Positions 7,215 through 8,262 of a stretch of 8,262 bases of DNA are shown piece by piece; positions within the stretch are counted from its first letter, which is position 1; each line of letters begins with the position of its first letter. The notes beneath the pieces were generated by a model. That model saw only the letters and a list, made by a program, of their open reading frames with translations. It was not told the DNA's origin and ran no database searches. The stretch comes from a virus. Taxonomy: Duplodnaviria > Heunggongvirae > Uroviricota > Caudoviricetes. Position numbers and translations under genes: made by a program. The DNA lies in the IMG/VR virus record IMGVR_UViG_2529292873_000013; one strand, 5' to 3'.

Positions 7215-7493
7215 TTACCTCCAGATCCGTTGCTGGAATGTGCGGGACGGACGCGGTGGCCGTTCGGAGTAAGGGAGCCTGACGGAGATTATCCAGTGAC
7301 GGTAGTCGAGGCTAAGGGCTTTTTTAACCTCGCATCCGCGCCTGCGGTAACACTGAATGAGCCATTCGGCCTGTTCTTCAGTGCATGGGGGATGCTGGTA
7401 CCAGTCAGATTTGAATGCGTGAAAACACCGTCCGCGCCTGCTGGCAAAGACGGCAGAATCATCAGAATTGTATAATTTGGTATCGTGCGCCAT
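7215..7493 (-). CDS. hypothetical protein, 92 aa, in the position of rem in the Qin prophage
   Basis: ATG at 7491..7493 gives MAHDTKLYNSDDSAVFASRRGRCFHAFKSDWYQHPPCTEEQAEWLIQCYRRRGCEVKKAL.... The track's TTG start at 7574 lies inside the hok terminator U-tract, so I use the ATG. Stop is 1 nt before the DUF968 GTG. Weak ribosome-binding site. Confidence 0.4.
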   Translation of the reverse strand: MAHDTKLYNSDDSAVFASRRGRCFHAFKSDWYQHPPCTEEQAEWLIQCYRRRGCEVKKALSLDYRHWIISVRLPYSERPPRPSRTFQQRIWR

Positions 7494-7563
7494 CGGTTGT
7501 CTCTGCTGGCGCAGCAGGTGCCAGTTGTTCAGGCTGGCGTGCGAATTGTAAACCAGAATGCCA

Positions 7564-7592
7564 GGAAAAAACAAAACCCGCCGAAGCGGGTT
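7564..7592 (-). terminator. intrinsic terminator ending the hok mRNA
   Basis: Minus-strand RNA: aacccgc-uucg-gcggguu hairpin followed by uuuguuuuuu (plus 7566..7592). Confidence 0.65.
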
Positions 7593-7659
7593 AAGTGCGG
7601 GTGCGTTGAGGATGCCTGATTCATCAGAGGTGGCGAGGGATTTCTCCCCCGCCGGTCTC

Positions 7660-7815
7660 TTACTCCTCAGGTTCGTAAGCTGTGAAGACAGCGACCTCCG
7701 TCTGGCCGGTTCGGATTCGTACCTCGCAGAGGTCTTTCCTCGTTACCAGTGCCGTCACTATGACGGTTAAACAGATGACGATCAGGGCGATTAACATCGC
7801 CTTTTGCTGCTTCAT
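7660..7815 (-). CDS. hokD: Hok-family type I toxin (HokD/RelF-like), 51 aa
   Basis: ATG at 7813..7815 gives MKQQKAMLIALIVICLTVIVTALVTRKDLCEVRIRTGQTEVAVFTAYEPEE: one transmembrane helix and the conserved Cys/Glu Hok tail. An in-frame upstream ATG at 7872 (track ORF 7660..7872) is in the position of mok. The mRNA has complementary 5' and 3' elements and a terminator. Confidence 0.9.
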   Translation of the reverse strand: MKQQKAMLIALIVICLTVIVTALVTRKDLCEVRIRTGQTEVAVFTAYEPEE

Positions 7816-7828
7816 AGCCTGCTTCTCC

Positions 7829-7857
7829 TTGCCTTTCGGCGCGTAAGAGGCTAACCT
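7829..7857 (+). promoter_or_regulatory. putative sok antisense promoter
   Basis: Plus-strand -35 TTGCCT (7829..7834), 17-bp spacer, -10 TAACCT (7852..7857). Same placement and similar hexamers to the plasmid R1 sok promoter as I recall it. Confidence 0.45.
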
Positions 7858-7863
7858 ACGTTT

Positions 7864-7935
7864 GTGAAGCATAGATTGGGCCTCAGATTAATGTTAAGCG
7901 TCTTGCAGGACGCGTAATGTTAACTGGGGCTTTTC
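7864..7935 (+). ncRNA. sok: putative Sok-like antisense RNA, complementary to the hok/mok leader
   Basis: Inferred from the promoter above; transcript would be antisense to the mok-position start at 7872. Downstream stem GTCTGCCT...AGGCAGAC at about 7939..7968. Ends are approximate. Confidence 0.4.
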
Positions 7936-7990
7936 TCTGTCTGCCTTACGGTGGCATGCCCGAGGCAGACAGCCTCAAGCACCCGCAGCA

Positions 7991-8018
7991 ATTCTACTTA
8001 ACTCTCGCTTTACAGCAA
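7991..8018 (-). promoter_or_regulatory. putative hok mRNA promoter
   Basis: Minus-strand -35 TTGCTG (plus 8013..8018), 16-bp spacer, -10 TAGAAT (plus 7991..7996). Predicted 5' end GGGUGCUUGAGGCUGUCUGCCUC resembles the R1 hok mRNA 5' end. Confidence 0.5.
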
Positions 8019-8033
8019 ACCGTTTTGCCCGAT

Positions 8034-8047
8034 ATGGGAATTCCCAT
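8034..8047. repeat. perfect 14-bp palindrome ATGGGAATTCCCAT
   Basis: Read directly from sequence; lies between the stop of the 34-aa ORF and the hok promoter -35. Confidence 0.9.
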
Positions 8048-8058
8048 ACGGAATGAAT

Positions 8059-8163
8059 TCAGTTCCCCAGGCGCTCCATCAAAAACACAACCAGGCAGTA
8101 AACACCCACAACAGCAATAACAGCCAGAGCGCCTTCCATTACCAGTGAAATATCATCCGACAT
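8059..8163 (-). CDS. small hydrophobic protein, 34 aa, strong ribosome-binding site
   Basis: GGGAGGG 4 nt upstream of ATG (8161..8163); MSDDISLVMEGALAVIAVVGVYCLVVFLMERLGN, stop TGA at 8059..8061. Below the track's length cutoff. One predicted transmembrane helix with an acidic N-terminus. Confidence 0.4.
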   Translation of the reverse strand: MSDDISLVMEGALAVIAVVGVYCLVVFLMERLGN

Positions 8164-8262
8164 ATTCCCTCCCTTGGTGTGAATCCCGGCGAACGTTTTT
8201 ACCCCCACCGACAAATAACATATACTAGAAAAGCAATAGCTATAGCAACGCCTGCAAATGCA

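Noticed and set aside
6312-7475. Track ORFs 6312..6539 (+), 6571..6756 (-), 6781..6996 (-), 7021..7272 (+), 7230..7475 (+)
   Set aside because: Alternative frames or antisense of the YbcO-like, DUF968-like and 92-aa genes.
7494-7574. TTG start at 7574 for track ORF 7215..7574
   Set aside because: It lies inside the U-tract of the hok mRNA terminator; the ATG at 7493 is more plausible.
7873-8058. relE/relB upstream of hokD, as in the K-12 relBEF operon
   Set aside because: The minus-strand frame running into this region is closed after 20 codons (stop at 7946..7948) and no RelE-like translation is present; the region instead holds the hok leader and promoter.
7558-8120. Track ORFs 7558..7770 (+) and 7917..8120 (+)
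   Set aside because: Antisense to the hok mRNA; the plus strand here is better explained by the Sok antisense RNA and its promoter.
1-8262. CRISPR arrays, IS elements, integrase or attachment sites
   Set aside because: No regularly spaced direct repeats, no transposase- or integrase-like translations, and no terminal inverted repeats were seen.

Overview
This window reads as the late-regulatory and lysis region of a lambdoid prophage of the E. coli type, laid out like a Shiga-toxin (Stx) phage but with no toxin genes. Every protein gene I can support is on the minus strand. From high to low coordinates: a small 34-aa ORF, a complete hok/sok-type type I toxin-antitoxin locus, a 92-aa ORF, a DUF968-like gene, a YbcO-like Cys/His-rich gene, rusA, a Q antiterminator, a pR'-like promoter with a short terminator, a disrupted TerB-like gene coupled to a 55-aa membrane ORF, a second terminator, a 645-aa NanS-p-type sialate O-acetylesterase, two small ORFs, a pinholin, a DUF1327-like ORF and a SAR endolysin. 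The only plus-strand feature is the predicted Sok antisense RNA. The endolysin, rusA and the TerB-like gene each carry single-base frame disruptions at homopolymer runs, and the TerB-like gene also has an in-frame TAG, so the window is either a decaying cryptic prophage or an error-prone assembly. I found no previously undescribed system I can defend; the best candidates for follow-up are the TerB-like/membrane-ORF pair in the toxin slot and the 34-aa ORF beside hok. All family assignments rest on reading the six-frame translations and on recalled family features; no database search was run.
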